64,000 bases of DNA from an uncultured Chloroflexia bacterium (lineage in GTDB: Bacteria > Chloroflexota > Limnocylindria > QHBO01). Below are positions 42,997-54,636 of this stretch, piece by piece. The translations under genes were made by a program, and so were the position numbers. The DNA lies in contig CAWGTN010000002.1 in NCBI GenBank assembly GCA_963825525.1, positions 1,312,001 through 1,376,000 on the forward strand, in the 5' to 3' direction. Within the stretch, counting starts at the first letter, position 1. Every line of letters starts with the position of its first letter. The notes beneath the pieces are model-generated. The model did not search any database, was not told the DNA's origin, and saw nothing but the letters and a program-made list of their open reading frames with translations.

Positions 42997-44016
42997 ATGC
43001 AGGAGATCAGCGGTCCCGCCGACCTGCGACGCCGTGATCGGCTGCTGCGCGAGGCGGACGAGGCGACCCTCAGCCCATCGGCCAGCCGATCGGCAGGGTC
43101 CCGCGGCCGCGCGCGCCCCGAGGAGCCCGACGAGTTTCGGACGGCATTCGAGCGGGATCGGGATCGGATCATCCACTCGAAGGCGTTCCGCCGGCTGAAG
43201 CACAAGACACAGGTCTTCCTCAATCCCGAGGGCGACCACTACGTCACGCGCCTGACCCACACCACGCAGGTCACGCAGGTTGCGCGAGCCCTCGCCGCCG
43301 CGCTGAGCCTGAACGAGCCCCTGGCGGAGGCCATCGCGCTCGGGCACGACGTTGGACACTCGCCGTTCGGGCACACCGGCGAGGAGGCGCTCAGCCCGTA
43401 CTTCGCACCCGCCGAGTGGCACCACGCCGCGCAGAGCGTCCGCGTCTTCGAGAGGCTCGAGGATACGAACCTGACCTGGGAGGTCCGCGACGGGATCCGG
43501 GCGCACTCCTGGAAGATCAATCCACCGCCCACGACCGCCGAGGCGTTCTGCGTCCGATTCGCCGATCGGATCGCCTACCTTGCGCACGACGCGCTCGATG
43601 CCCTGCGAGCCGGTGTGCTCCGAGGTGACGAGTTCCCGCCCTCGGTCATCGCCCGATTCGGCGAACCGGGCAGAGCCTGGGTCGGCTCGATGATCACCGC
43701 CGTCATCGACGAGTCCCTGCGCAGCGGGGCGGTCCGGATGGACGCTGCCACGCTCGAGGTCATGAACGAGCTGCGCGACTTCATGTTCGCGCGGGTCTAC
43801 CAGGCGCCCGACCAGCTCGCCCAGCAGCGCCGTGCCATCGGGATCATCCGTGACCTCATGGATTGGCACCTGCAGCATCCCGACGAGATTCCGGCCACGT
43901 ATCGCCAGGACGACGCGTCACCGGAGACGCAGGCCGCCGATTACATCGCGGGCATGACCGATCGTTTCGCGCTGGCCACCCACGAGCGACTGATCCGCCC
44001 GTCCTCGAACGGCTAG
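42997..44016 (+). CDS. Deoxyguanosinetriphosphate triphosphohydrolase-like HD protein
   Basis: RTAFERDRDRIIHSKAFRRLKHKTQVF, TRLTH, GHDVGHSPFGHTGE, DYIAGMTD. Confidence 0.93.
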   Translation: MQEISGPADLRRRDRLLREADEATLSPSASRSAGSRGRARPEEPDEFRTAFERDRDRIIHSKAFRRLKHKTQVFLNPEGDHYVTRLTHTTQVTQVARALAAALSLNEPLAEAIALGHDVGHSPFGHTGEEALSPYFAPAEWHHAAQSVRVFERLEDTNLTWEVRDGIRAHSWKINPPPTTAEAFCVRFADRIAYLAHDALDALRAGVLRGDEFPPSVIARFGEPGRAWVGSMITAVIDESLRSGAVRMDAATLEVMNELRDFMFARVYQAPDQLAQQRRAIGIIRDLMDWHLQHPDEIPATYRQDDASPETQAADYIAGMTDRFALATHERLIRPSSNG

Positions 44017-44930
44017 CGGAAGACCCGCAGCGCGCGACGCCGCACCTCGAATGTCACCGGAGTAACGCCGATGCTCACGCCGTCCGCGTGCGCGGGCAGG
44101 GCCCGGCGGATGCCCTCGATGGTCACGCGCTCGGCCTGGTATTCGCGGATCCGCGGCTCGCGCCGCTCCTTGCGGCGCGCGATCGACAGAAAGTGGCGGA
44201 CGACCTCGAATCGGCTCATGCCGTGGAAGACGGCGACGTTGAAGAGCCCATCCGTCGGATCAGCGGAGGCGGAGACGGCGAATCCCATGCCGTGATACGG
44301 GCCGTTGCTGATCGTCACGTTCGGGCCGCCGGTTCGGTACGCCGTCCCGTCCAGGATGATCCTCATCGGCGTCTTGCGGGCGCGCATGGCACGCAGCAGC
44401 GAACGCCCGGCGCGGAGCCAGCCCCGGCGCTCGGCAACCTCGACCGCCAGGAAGCCGATGGCGTCGACGCCCACTCCGGCGGCCTCGAAGAACGGCCGTC
44501 CCTCGTCATCGGGACGAACCACCCAACCGGCGTCCATCAGGCGCGGCGTGCCCGCTCCAATCACGTCGAGCGCGGCGTCCAGCGTCACGGGAATGCCGAA
44601 TCCACGGGCCATGTTGTTGAAGCTGCCCATCGCCAGGATGCCGAGTGTCGCCTTCTCGTGGCCGATCATGGCCGCCGCCACACCGGAGACCGTCCCATCA
44701 CCTCCGGCCACCACCACGTCACAGCCATCGTCGGCCGCAGCACGCGCGAGCTCTCCTGCATCGTCCGCTTCCTCGAGTGCGCGGAGGCGGACCTCGACGC
44801 CCCGCTGCGCCAACGCGTCCCGCAGCGCCTCGGGTTGGAGGCGGTCAGGATCGTCATGCAGGTTCGGCCCTGAGCCGGGCTTGCCCCCGGCCACCGGATT
44901 CACTAGGAGAAGGATCGGACGTCGGGTCAC
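44013..44930 (-). CDS. Diacylglycerol kinase family lipid kinase
   Basis: LVNPVAG, AGGDGT, GSFNNMAR, HADG. Confidence 0.9.
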   Translation of the reverse strand: MTRRPILLLVNPVAGGKPGSGPNLHDDPDRLQPEALRDALAQRGVEVRLRALEEADDAGELARAAADDGCDVVVAGGDGTVSGVAAAMIGHEKATLGILAMGSFNNMARGFGIPVTLDAALDVIGAGTPRLMDAGWVVRPDDEGRPFFEAAGVGVDAIGFLAVEVAERRGWLRAGRSLLRAMRARKTPMRIILDGTAYRTGGPNVTISNGPYHGMGFAVSASADPTDGLFNVAVFHGMSRFEVVRHFLSIARRKERREPRIREYQAERVTIEGIRRALPAHADGVSIGVTPVTFEVRRRALRVFR

Positions 44931-45268
44931 TCGATGCCTCGCTGGTATGCCTGGAAGGTTCCGTCGCCGCAACCCAGTACGATGCGTTGCGGTAGTGGCT
45001 CAGCCGATGCGGGAGCGAAGCCGGGTTCCACGTAGACGTCCCAGCGCGCGAGCCCGAATGACGTGGTGCCGGCCGCCTCCAACGGTGGCTGGATTCCGTC
45101 GAGCGCCGGCGACTCGGTCGGCGAGCCGACCGGCTCGTACGCCGACGGCTGGTACGGCAGCCTGTCCGGGCATTCGGCCGGTGCCCCTGCGCGAAGGATG
45201 CCGAAGATGCCGATGGCGACGAAGACCGCCGCGGCCAGGGTCCCACATCCGAGCGCACGCCAGTTCAT
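44927..45268 (-). CDS. Small exported hypothetical protein
   Basis: N-terminal TM, Cys pair; overlaps both neighbours as in an operon. Confidence 0.65.
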   Translation of the reverse strand: MNWRALGCGTLAAAVFVAIGIFGILRAGAPAECPDRLPYQPSAYEPVGSPTESPALDGIQPPLEAAGTTSFGLARWDVYVEPGFAPASAEPLPQRIVLGCGDGTFQAYQRGIE

Positions 45269-45549
45269 CGGCGCACGATCCCGAAGCGGTCGAACTCGCC
45301 ACTCGCCGGGGAACGCCTGGCATCGACCGACTCGACCCGGGCGCCCTGCGGCCCGGTGCCGATGACCCGTTCGATCTCATCGAGCGCCACGCCATCGCCC
45401 TCCGCCACCAGGTCCACGGATCGTTCGTCGTCGCCGTTCATGACCCATCCGACCAATCCGAGACGCACCGCGTGGCCGCGCAGCCACCATCGAAACCCCA
45501 CGCCCTGGACTCGCCCGGTGACGCGGGCGGTCAGCCGCGACCGGCTCAC
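45265..45549 (-). CDS. acyP: Acylphosphatase
   Basis: VTGRVQGVGFR, GLVGWVMN, GPQGARVESV. Confidence 0.9.
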   Translation of the reverse strand: MSRSRLTARVTGRVQGVGFRWWLRGHAVRLGLVGWVMNGDDERSVDLVAEGDGVALDEIERVIGTGPQGARVESVDARRSPASGEFDRFGIVRR

Positions 45550-46652
45550 CGGGGCGAGGGTCCGTCGAGGCGGGGCCAGGCGAGCATGGCGGCCTCCAGT
45601 GCCAGCCGCGGTGCGCCGTTGTCGTCGAGACCCGCCAGCACGCCTTCCAGGCGGCTCGCCATGGCCCGCCACTGGTGCGCCCCCACTCGAGCGGCGACGA
45701 TCTCGAGATCGGGGGCCAGCTCCCGCGACGGCGCGAGCGAGGCGCGCCCCGATGCGGCGACCAGCAGGTCCCGGGTCAACGCGAGCCATGCCTCCACGAT
45801 TCGCGACGCGGCACGTCGCTGGACCGATGCGGGGGTGCGGGCCTCGGGGTCCAGCGTCTCGACCGGCAGCTGGGATGCACGGGCGGTCTCGTCCAGCAGG
45901 TCGCGGACGGAGCCGAATCGATCGGCTGGGCCGCGAGCCAGGAGTGAGAGGAGCTCTCCCTGGACGCGGCGACGCCACGTCAAGAGCTCCCCGTCGTCGG
46001 CGAATGCGATGGCGGTGCCGGCCAGACCATTCGCAATGCGAGCCATGGTGTCGGCACTGTCCGCCGAGACCCGGCGGGTGTCCACCAGGTGAGCCACCAG
46101 CTCCTCGCGCGGCACAGCGCCGATTCGCAGCGGCTGGGCGCGTGATCGGATCGTGGGCAGGACCTCGCTCGGCTCGTCGGCCACGAGGATGTAGGTGTGG
46201 CGGTCGGTCGGCTCCTCGAGGACTTTGAGCAGCGCGTTCTGGACCTGCTCTCCGGCACGGTCCACCGCTTCGATGAGCACGATGCGCCGATCGGCCACAA
46301 CGGGGGCGCCGGACGCGGCCAGCAGCCAGCGGCGGGCGGCCGCGACAATGCTCTCCCCGGACGAGCGATCCTCGCGCCAGGTCTCCGGCGAACCGATCAC
46401 GAGGTCGGGGTGGGTGCGCGCGCGGGCGTCATGGCAGCCGCGACACGCGTTGCATGGACGCTGATCCGCGGCGGGTCCGGCGCACAGCAGAAGGGCCAGC
46501 AGGTCGTCGACGAACGTGCCCTTCCCCGCGCCAACCGGACCGTGGACGAGGAGTGTCCGCCCACCCCGCCCGCCCTCCATGGCCCGTGTGGCCAGGCGCC
46601 GAGCCGTCGGCTGCCCGAGGCTCAGAAATCCGGACGGGGTCGCCTGCTGCAT
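45546..46652 (-). CDS. holB: DNA polymerase III delta' subunit
   Basis: GPVGAGKG, PCNACRGC, HPDL, QNALLKVLEEP, LPTIRSR. Confidence 0.87.
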   Translation of the reverse strand: MQQATPSGFLSLGQPTARRLATRAMEGGRGGRTLLVHGPVGAGKGTFVDDLLALLLCAGPAADQRPCNACRGCHDARARTHPDLVIGSPETWREDRSSGESIVAAARRWLLAASGAPVVADRRIVLIEAVDRAGEQVQNALLKVLEEPTDRHTYILVADEPSEVLPTIRSRAQPLRIGAVPREELVAHLVDTRRVSADSADTMARIANGLAGTAIAFADDGELLTWRRRVQGELLSLLARGPADRFGSVRDLLDETARASQLPVETLDPEARTPASVQRRAASRIVEAWLALTRDLLVAASGRASLAPSRELAPDLEIVAARVGAHQWRAMASRLEGVLAGLDDNGAPRLALEAAMLAWPRLDGPSPR

Positions 46653-46759
46653 CACCCGCCGAGTATAGATTCGTTCCCGGTGCTCTCCGCCGATTGGCCC
46701 CGACGCGGAGCGGGTGGCATACTTCGTGCACCCAATTCGGCCGAACACAGGAGGAAGCC

Positions 46760-47506
46760 ATGCCGACAGGTCCGGCGGCGACGGCCGACGATATTTCCGA
46801 TTCAATCAAGACGCTCATCGACCGCGTCGCGGACGCGAAGCTCACCCAGGAGATGGCGAAGCGCGGCCAGACCGTGGCCGGCATCCTTGCCGAACGCGGC
46901 GCCGATGTCGGCGATCGCGCGGCGGAAGCGTGGCGTGAGTCACGACCGCTGCGTCGGGACGCCACCGAAACAGTCATGAAGGTCGGCGGCGACGCTGTCG
47001 AGTGGTCCGATCGGACGTGGCGCTCGGCGCTGCGCCCGGTGCTTCGGGACCTCTGGAAGCGTCGCACGCTCGCGATCGGAGCGGCCGGGGCGGCCGTGCC
47101 GGCGGGGCGCGAGCTCATGGATTCCGCGGCCGTGCGCCTCGGCCTTCGAGAGCGAACCGAGCGACGCCATTGGGGCGTCTTCTTCCTCGGACTGCTGCTC
47201 GGAGCGGTGGGCGGCGCGGTGATCGCCATGCTGACCACCCCCAAGCGCGGCAGCGAGGTTCGACGGGAGATCGGGGCACGGGCCGACGAGGTCCGCGACG
47301 AGATCGCGTCGCGGGCCCGAGACGCCGAGTGGGTGCCGATGTTCCAGCGCGAGCCGGCCACCAACGGTGACGCTGCGTCCGAGGTGACGGACAGCATTCG
47401 CGAGGCCGCCGCTGACACGAGTGACGCGAGCGAACGCGCGGCCGATGACACCGCCGAGGCGATCAACGAGTCCTTCGACACGGTCGACCGGGAGACGGAC
47501 GCCTAG
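46760..47506 (+). CDS. YtxH domain-containing protein
   Basis: FFLGLLLGAVGGAVIAMLTTPKRGSEVRREI; RBS AGGAGG. Confidence 0.8.
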   Translation: MPTGPAATADDISDSIKTLIDRVADAKLTQEMAKRGQTVAGILAERGADVGDRAAEAWRESRPLRRDATETVMKVGGDAVEWSDRTWRSALRPVLRDLWKRRTLAIGAAGAAVPAGRELMDSAAVRLGLRERTERRHWGVFFLGLLLGAVGGAVIAMLTTPKRGSEVRREIGARADEVRDEIASRARDAEWVPMFQREPATNGDAASEVTDSIREAAADTSDASERAADDTAEAINESFDTVDRETDA

Positions 47507-47527
47507 GTCTGCACTGGATTCCACGAC

Positions 47528-47555
47528 GAAGGCCGGCCCACACGGGCCGGCCTTC
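47528..47555. terminator. Hairpin between convergent genes (probable bidirectional terminator)
   Basis: GAAGGCCGGCCC-ACAC-GGGCCGGCCTTC. Confidence 0.75.
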
Positions 47556-47582
47556 TGTCATGTTCGGACGTGATGCCGTGGC

Positions 47583-48979
47583 TCAGGCGTCGGTTCCGCG
47601 TGGCTTGCGGGCTGACCGGAATCGGCCCCAGATTCCCTGGGGCTCCCCGTCCGCATCAACCTCACCCGACGGCGCGGACGCATTGGACTGTTCGCCGTCG
47701 TCCTTCTTTGCCCGGGTCGGGCGACGGGTGGCGGGCTTGGGTGCCTCGGCGGACGCGGACTGTCTCGCCGTCGTCCTTCTTGGTCCTGGTCGACCGGCGA
47801 CGTGCCGGCTTCGGCGCCTCCTCGGTGCCTGCGGACTCGCCGTCGTCCTTCTTTGCCCGGGTCGGGCGACGGGTGGCGGGCTTGGGTGCCTCGGCGGACG
47901 CGGACTGTTCGCCGTCGTCCTTCTTGGTCCTGGTCGACCGGCGACGTGCCGGCTTCGGCGCCTCCTCGGTGTCTGCCGGCTCGCCCGGTGCCGCGGCCTG
48001 CATCGCGGCGATCTCCTCTTCGCTCAGACCCAGCTCAGCGAGCGTCGCGGCGTCGACCTCCTCGAACGTGTACTCGCGGGGCTCCGCGCTGCCGTCGAGC
48101 TGGCTGAGGTCGTCGAACTCTTCCCAGCCGACCTCGCCGGCCCCGTTCTCGGGAGCGGGGGCCGCCTCATCGTCACGACGCGTTCGGCCGCGACCGCGAC
48201 CGCCGCGCCGGCGTCGACGCTTGCGCTCCGGATCCGCATCCGCTGCCGCGTCGGCCGGAGCCGAAGCCCGAAGCGGTGGCCGTTGGCGTGGCCGCCGGCT
48301 CCTCTGCGGGTGCGGCCGCGGGTGCGCGGCGCGGAGTCGAACGACTGCGCCGCGCGCTGTCTGACGACCCTCCGCCCTTGATGGCCGCCAGGGCGGCCGC
48401 GGCGACCGAGGGCGAGGCCTCGCGGAAGCCGAACTCGGGCGTGACCTCCTTGGCCGGCATCTCGGGTGCGCTCATGCTGTCACGCAGCGCTCGCCCCTCC
48501 TTCCGGCTGATGGAGGCGATCTTCATGATGTCCATGAACTCGTCGGCCACGGCGACCAGGTCGGACGAGGTGTTCGGCTTGAAGCTGATGACTTCGCAGC
48601 GCACGCCCTTGTCCTGGAGGGCCTTGATGGCCGGGGCAAAGTCGCCGTCACCGGAGACGATGACCGCGATGTCCATCCGGTCCGCGAGACGGAACAGGTC
48701 GACGACGAGCTCGATGTCGAGGTTCGCCTTCATCCGACCGTCGCCGAACTTGCGAATGTCCTTGATCACCGGCTTGTAGCCGTTCTTGCCCAGGAAGTCG
48801 ATGAACTTGCGCTGGTTCTCGTTTTCGGGGTCGAGCCCCGTATAGGCATAGGCGCGAATGAGGTCGCGCCCCTTGGTGGCGTGCTTGAGGAGGGCGACGT
48901 AATCGACGTCGACATCCTGGCCTCGAGCCGCGTAGTACATGTTGGCGACGTCAACGAACATCGCCACGTTCTTGCTCAC
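47583..48979 (-). CDS. NYN (LabA/PIN-like) domain protein with a long disordered repeat tail; frameshifts at ~48275 and ~47764
   Basis: MFVDVANMY, KANLDIELVVD, VSGDGDFAP, ADEFMDI; the tail continues in shifted frames to TGA 47583-85. Confidence 0.85.
47686..47971. repeat. Intragenic tandem repeat, 2 x ~144 bp (each two related 72-bp units)
   Basis: Encodes EEAPKPARRRSTRTKKDDGE / AEAPKPATRRPTRAKKDDGE alternately. Confidence 0.9.
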
Positions 48980-49034
48980 GGTTGAGCTCTTCTCCTGTAG
49001 GTATGTGATATGGCCGGCGCGGGTGGGTGTGCGC

Positions 49035-49478
49035 TCAGTCGAGCAATCGACCGAGCGTCCGACCTCGGCTCGCGAACCCCATTCGCTTCCAGAGCGACGG
49101 TTCTGCGGACGCCAGCGGTTCGGCGACTTCCACGCGCGTGCAACCTTTGTTTCGTGCCGAGGTGGCGAGGTGCTCGACGATCTCGTCGGCAACTCTCCGC
49201 CGTTCGGCGGTGTCCAGCGCCGGTTCCTGCTCGACTCCCAGCTCGTCGACAACGCCGACGAAGGGACCCGACCGCACCGATGGCCTGATGGCGAGGACCC
49301 CCACGCCCACCACGCGGCGTTCTCGCTCAGCGACGACAATCGTGGCAGAGGGAACGAAGAGCAGGTTGCGCAGGTAGTCGACGTCGTTGCGCTGCCCGGG
49401 CTCAGTGTCGACGTGCGCAAGCATGCGGACGGCGGCATCGAGATCAGTCAGACGAGCGCTGCGGACGTGTACCTCCAC
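49035..49478 (-). CDS. GNAT family N-acetyltransferase-like protein
   Basis: VRSARLTDL, IVVAE..RVVG, VDELGV, WKRMGF. Confidence 0.75.
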   Translation of the reverse strand: MEVHVRSARLTDLDAAVRMLAHVDTEPGQRNDVDYLRNLLFVPSATIVVAERERRVVGVGVLAIRPSVRSGPFVGVVDELGVEQEPALDTAERRRVADEIVEHLATSARNKGCTRVEVAEPLASAEPSLWKRMGFASRGRTLGRLLD

Positions 49479-49657
49479 GAAGGCCTCATCGGGAACGGTT
49501 CGCAGTCACGAGTGCTGCGGGACGACCCTCGGGAGGATACCACGGAAAATGTCTTGCGCCGAGGAACTCCTCGCCGCTATGATGCCGCGCACCTTTGATA
49601 CGCCGGGCCGCGCATGCGCGCTCTCACCCGAGCACACCAGTGGAGGAAGAAATCCGG

Positions 49658-50947
49658 ATGCAGAAGTACATGCGATGGAGCGGCATGCTCGTCGTGCTGA
49701 TGCTCATCCTTGCCGCGTGCCAGTCCGACGGAGGATCAAGCACCGAGCCGAGCACGGACGCGAGCACGGACGCGAGCACGCCCCCCGCAAGCCAGGGAGG
49801 CGGCGGCGCCGCGGACTGCGACGCCGATGAGTTCGGATGCATCGAGCTCGCCGAGGGCGACCCGATCGTCATCGGCACGGCGCTCGTCATCACCGGCGCC
49901 AATGAGTCCCTTGGTCTCGACAGCCAGTACGGCGCCCAGGTCGCGAACTCGCTCCGACCGGAGATCGCCGGCCACGAGGTCGAGTTCAACTTCCAGGACG
50001 ACGGCTGCTCGACCGAGGGTGGCACCGCCGCTGCGCGTGCCCTCGTCTCGGAAGAGAACATCGCCGGCGTCATCGGCACCAGCTGCTCGAGCGCCGGCAT
50101 TCCGGCTGCCGAGATCCTCAGCGCCGAGGGCATCATGCTCGTCTCGGCGTCCAACACGGCACCGTCACTGACGGCCCCCGACACGCATGAGGCGTTCTAC
50201 GCGCGCACCGCGCACAACGACTCGATCCAGGGCGCGGCCATGGCCGAGTTCGTGTGCGACGTCCTGGGCCTCTCGTCCGCCGCAACCATCGACGACGGCT
50301 CGGCCTACGCCGACCAGCTCGCCGCGGTGTTCGCGGCCGAGTTCCCGTCGCAGTGCGACGGGACGATCACGGCCGAGGAGGCCATCACGGTCGGGCAGAC
50401 CGACTTCACCGGTGTTCTCGAGAACATCGCTGCCGACTCGCCCGAGTTCCTCTACTACCCGATCTTCGTTGCCGAGGGTGCTCTGATCACCCAGCAGGCT
50501 GCCGAGACCTCGGGCCTCGAGGACACCGCCCTGGGCGGTGCTGATGGCATCCTCACTCCCGACTGGCTGGCCGCTGCCGGCGGTGCCGCCGAAGGCGCGT
50601 ACCTGTCCGGTCCGGACCTGGCATTCAGCGGCGACTTCTACGCCGATGAGTTCCTGCCGGCCTACACGGAGATCTCCGGCGAAGATGCGCCGATCAGCGT
50701 GTTCCATGCACACGCGTTCGACGCCTACAACCTCCTCGCCAACGCGATCGAAGAGGCTGCCTTCACCGATGGGGGCACCACCTACATCCCGCGCAGCGCA
50801 CTGCGTGATGCCTTCTTCGCCACTTCGGGCTTCGAGGGGATCACCGGCACGCTGACGTGCGACGAGAACGGCGACTGCGCCGACGCGAAGATCAGCGTCA
50901 GCCAGGTCGTGGATGGCGCCTTCGAGCGCATCTGGCCCGAGAGCTGA
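49658..50947 (+). CDS. livK: Branched-chain amino acid ABC transporter substrate-binding lipoprotein
   Basis: LAAC lipobox; DDGCS, VIGTSCSS, SNTAPSLT, RTAHNDSIQG, GITGTL. Confidence 0.9.
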   Translation: MQKYMRWSGMLVVLMLILAACQSDGGSSTEPSTDASTDASTPPASQGGGGAADCDADEFGCIELAEGDPIVIGTALVITGANESLGLDSQYGAQVANSLRPEIAGHEVEFNFQDDGCSTEGGTAAARALVSEENIAGVIGTSCSSAGIPAAEILSAEGIMLVSASNTAPSLTAPDTHEAFYARTAHNDSIQGAAMAEFVCDVLGLSSAATIDDGSAYADQLAAVFAAEFPSQCDGTITAEEAITVGQTDFTGVLENIAADSPEFLYYPIFVAEGALITQQAAETSGLEDTALGGADGILTPDWLAAAGGAAEGAYLSGPDLAFSGDFYADEFLPAYTEISGEDAPISVFHAHAFDAYNLLANAIEEAAFTDGGTTYIPRSALRDAFFATSGFEGITGTLTCDENGDCADAKISVSQVVDGAFERIWPES

Positions 50948-50982
50948 AATCGGGACAGCTCTGAGCTGCACCTGATGTAAGT

Positions 50983-51018
50983 GGTGCGGGTGAGTCGGTC
51001 GTCCGACTCACCCGCACC
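50983..51018 (+). terminator. 16-bp hairpin after livK (partial terminator or mRNA stabiliser)
   Basis: GGTGCGGGTGAGTCGG-TCGT-CCGACTCACCCGCACC followed by CATTTT. Confidence 0.7.
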
Positions 51019-51053
51019 CATTTTCCGGAGACATACGCCCACGGGGACCCGAG

Positions 51054-52103
51054 ATGCCCGGCCGACGAATTCGGTTCAACCTCGTCAACCTGTTTCTCTG
51101 GCTGCTCGGCGGGGGCCTGCTGGCGTTTGCCGGCTGGGGCTCCATCCTGACCCTGGTCGAAGGGCGCATTCAGCCCAACCAGTGGCAGAACCTCATCATC
51201 GCGGGGATCGCGCTGGGCAGCGTCTATGCCCTGATCGCCCTGGGCTACACCCTCGTCTACGGCATCCTGTTCATGATCAACTTCGCCCACGGCGAGGTGT
51301 TCATGTGGGGCGCGTTCACCGCGTTCTTCGCGGCCACGGCCCTCAACGACGCCGGACTCATGGTCTCGAACCCGGTCCTCGCGTTCTTCCTGGTCCTGGC
51401 CACCTCGATGCTCGTCAGCATGCTGGTGGCGATCATGCTCGAGCGAATCGCGTACCGGCCCCTGAGGGGCGCACCGCGGCTCGTACCATTGATCACGGCC
51501 ATCGGAGCGTCGCTCTTCCTCCAATACACGGCGCGCGGCTTCTACGGCTCCGGCGTGCGCGCCTACCCTGACTACACGCTCTTCGACGGCACCATCACGC
51601 TCGGCATCCTGAGCCTGAGCGTCAAGCAGGCCGTCGTCATCCTCTCGGCAATCGGCCTGATGCTGGCGCTCTACGTCTTCATCAACCGCACCCGCACCGG
51701 TCGCGCCATGCGCGCGGTGAGCGAGGACAAGGACGTTGCGGCGATGATGGGCATCAACGTCGATCGGATCATCGTCACCACGTTTGCCATCGGCGGCCTG
51801 CTGGCCGGCGCGGCCGGCATCCTCTACACCCTGATCTTCAACCAGGTCCTGTTCTTCATGGGCTTCCTGCCGGGGATCAAGGCATTCACCGCGGCGGTCC
51901 TGGGCGGCATCGGCAACGTCATCGGCGCAGCGCTCGGCGGCCTGATCCTGGGCGTCGTGGAGCAGCTCGGCCCGAACCTCTTCCTCAGCGGCTACGGGAT
52001 CCCATCGCCGAACCAGCTGAAGGACGTCATCGCGTTCTCGGTCCTCGTCCTCGTCCTCATCTTCCGACCGTCCGGTCTGCTCGGCCGCAAGGAGAACACC
52101 TGA
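51054..52103 (+). CDS. livH: Branched-chain amino acid ABC permease
   Basis: GSVYALIALGYTLVYG..INFAHGE, GRAMRAVS, KAFTAAVLGGIG. Confidence 0.93.
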   Translation: MPGRRIRFNLVNLFLWLLGGGLLAFAGWGSILTLVEGRIQPNQWQNLIIAGIALGSVYALIALGYTLVYGILFMINFAHGEVFMWGAFTAFFAATALNDAGLMVSNPVLAFFLVLATSMLVSMLVAIMLERIAYRPLRGAPRLVPLITAIGASLFLQYTARGFYGSGVRAYPDYTLFDGTITLGILSLSVKQAVVILSAIGLMLALYVFINRTRTGRAMRAVSEDKDVAAMMGINVDRIIVTTFAIGGLLAGAAGILYTLIFNQVLFFMGFLPGIKAFTAAVLGGIGNVIGAALGGLILGVVEQLGPNLFLSGYGIPSPNQLKDVIAFSVLVLVLIFRPSGLLGRKENT

Positions 52104-53814
52104 TGAGCCCGCTCATGCGCCGCGCGCTCATGACCGGCCTGTTCGGCGGCGTCGCGGGCCTCCACGTGAGCCTGGTCGGCATCGTCAACACGTTCCAGTC
52201 ACGCGACCTGATCGCCGATATCGTCACCATCGGCACCGTCCTGCCCATGCTCATCGCCATCCTCGTGGGATGGCTGGCCGGCTCCCGGCCACGACACATC
52301 ACCGAGCCGATCAGCGCGGGCAGCACACTGTTCAACGGCGCGATCGCCGGCGCGGTCGTCGGCATCATGCTGGCGGGACTGGCGGTGCTGGTTGACACGG
52401 TGAGCCTGAACTGGGTCCTGGTCAACGCACGCCCACAGCTCGCGGCGATCCTGCAATTCGATCAGGGGCCGGCGGTGGGCTCCGCCATCCTCATCGGCGG
52501 CGGCGCGATCCTCGGCGCGGTCGGCAGTGGGCTGCACATCCTGCCGCCCACCATCGCCCGATCCACCGCCATTGCCGGTGTGGTGACGATCATCGTTGCC
52601 CTGATGGAACCGTTCATCGGGGCCGTCCTGCGCAACCTCGAGCTGCGGGCCATCGAGGGCTTCGTGTACGAGGGCGGTGGCCTGACCGTCGCCGGGTTCA
52701 TCGTCGTATTCGGGCTCATCTTCGCCGGCGTCTACGGATGGGCAACCCGTGGCGACCGGGCCAAGGCGCGGGTCGCCGCCATGCCACCCGATCGCCGACG
52801 CGCCGGCAAGCTCGTCCTCTATGCCGCGCTCTTCGGGCTTCTTCTCCTCCTGCCGCTCATCGTCGGCCAGCGCCTGTCCGAGGTCGTCGGAACGGTCGGG
52901 ATCTACGTGCTGCTCGGGTTGGGCCTGAATATCGTGGTCGGCTTCGCCGGCCTCCTCGACCTTGGCTACGTGGCGTTCTACGCCGTCGGCGCCTATACGA
53001 CGGCGCTGCTCACCTCGCCCGCCAGCCCGGCCTTCAACCCGGAGCTCCCGTTCTGGGGCGCCCTGCCATTCGTGATCCTCGCCGCCGCATTCATCGGCCT
53101 CATGGTCGGCGCGCCGGTCCTGCGGCTGCGCGGCGATTACCTTGCCATCGTGACCCTGGGATTCGGCGAGATCGCGCGCGAGATCTTCAAGTCCGCCTGG
53201 GCACAGCCGGTGACCGGCGGGGCGCAGGGCATTCTCTCGGTCCCTGAACCATTGCCGTTCACACGCGACCCTCAATCGATCTACTACCCGATCCTGTTCT
53301 TCTGCATCCTGGCTGCGATCGCGGCCACCACCCTCGCGTCGTCCAGGGTGGGGCGCGCGTGGAACGCGATGCGCGAGGATGAATCGGTCGCCGAGGCCAC
53401 CGGGATCAACACGACGAAGTACAAGCTGCTGGCCTTCGGGCTCGGCGCGGCATTCGGCTGCCTGTCGGGTGCCTTCTTCGGAGCGAAGATCGGCGTGGTG
53501 TTCCCGGACAGCTTCAACATCCTGGTGAGCATCAACGCGCTGGCGCTGATCATCCTGGGTGGAATGGGCAACATCCCCGGCGTCGTGGTCGGGGCGCTCG
53601 TCCTCGTTGGACTGCCCGAGCTCCTGCGCGAGTTCGCCGAGTATCGGCTCCTGATCTACGGCGTCGTGCTCGTGGTCATGATGCTCCTGCGGCCGGAGGG
53701 CCTCCTCCCCAGCCGAACGCGGCGAGCCGAGCTCCACGATGTGTCAGATGAGGACGACGACAAGATGTATGCCGATGAGGCCGGCGAGGAGACGGGGCGT
53801 CCGGTGGTGACCGC

Positions 53815-53818
<4 letters not shown>
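52103..53818 (+). CDS. livM: Branched-chain amino acid ABC permease with an N-terminal membrane extension
   Basis: LGLNIVVGFAGLLDLGYVAFY, LRLRGDYLAIVTLGFGE. Confidence 0.92.

Positions 53819-54632
<814 letters not shown>

Positions 54633-54636
<4 letters not shown>

Noticed and set aside
49748-49780. 12-bp tandem repeat in livK as a phase-variation site
   Set aside because: It is in frame and encodes a flexible STDA lipoprotein linker.
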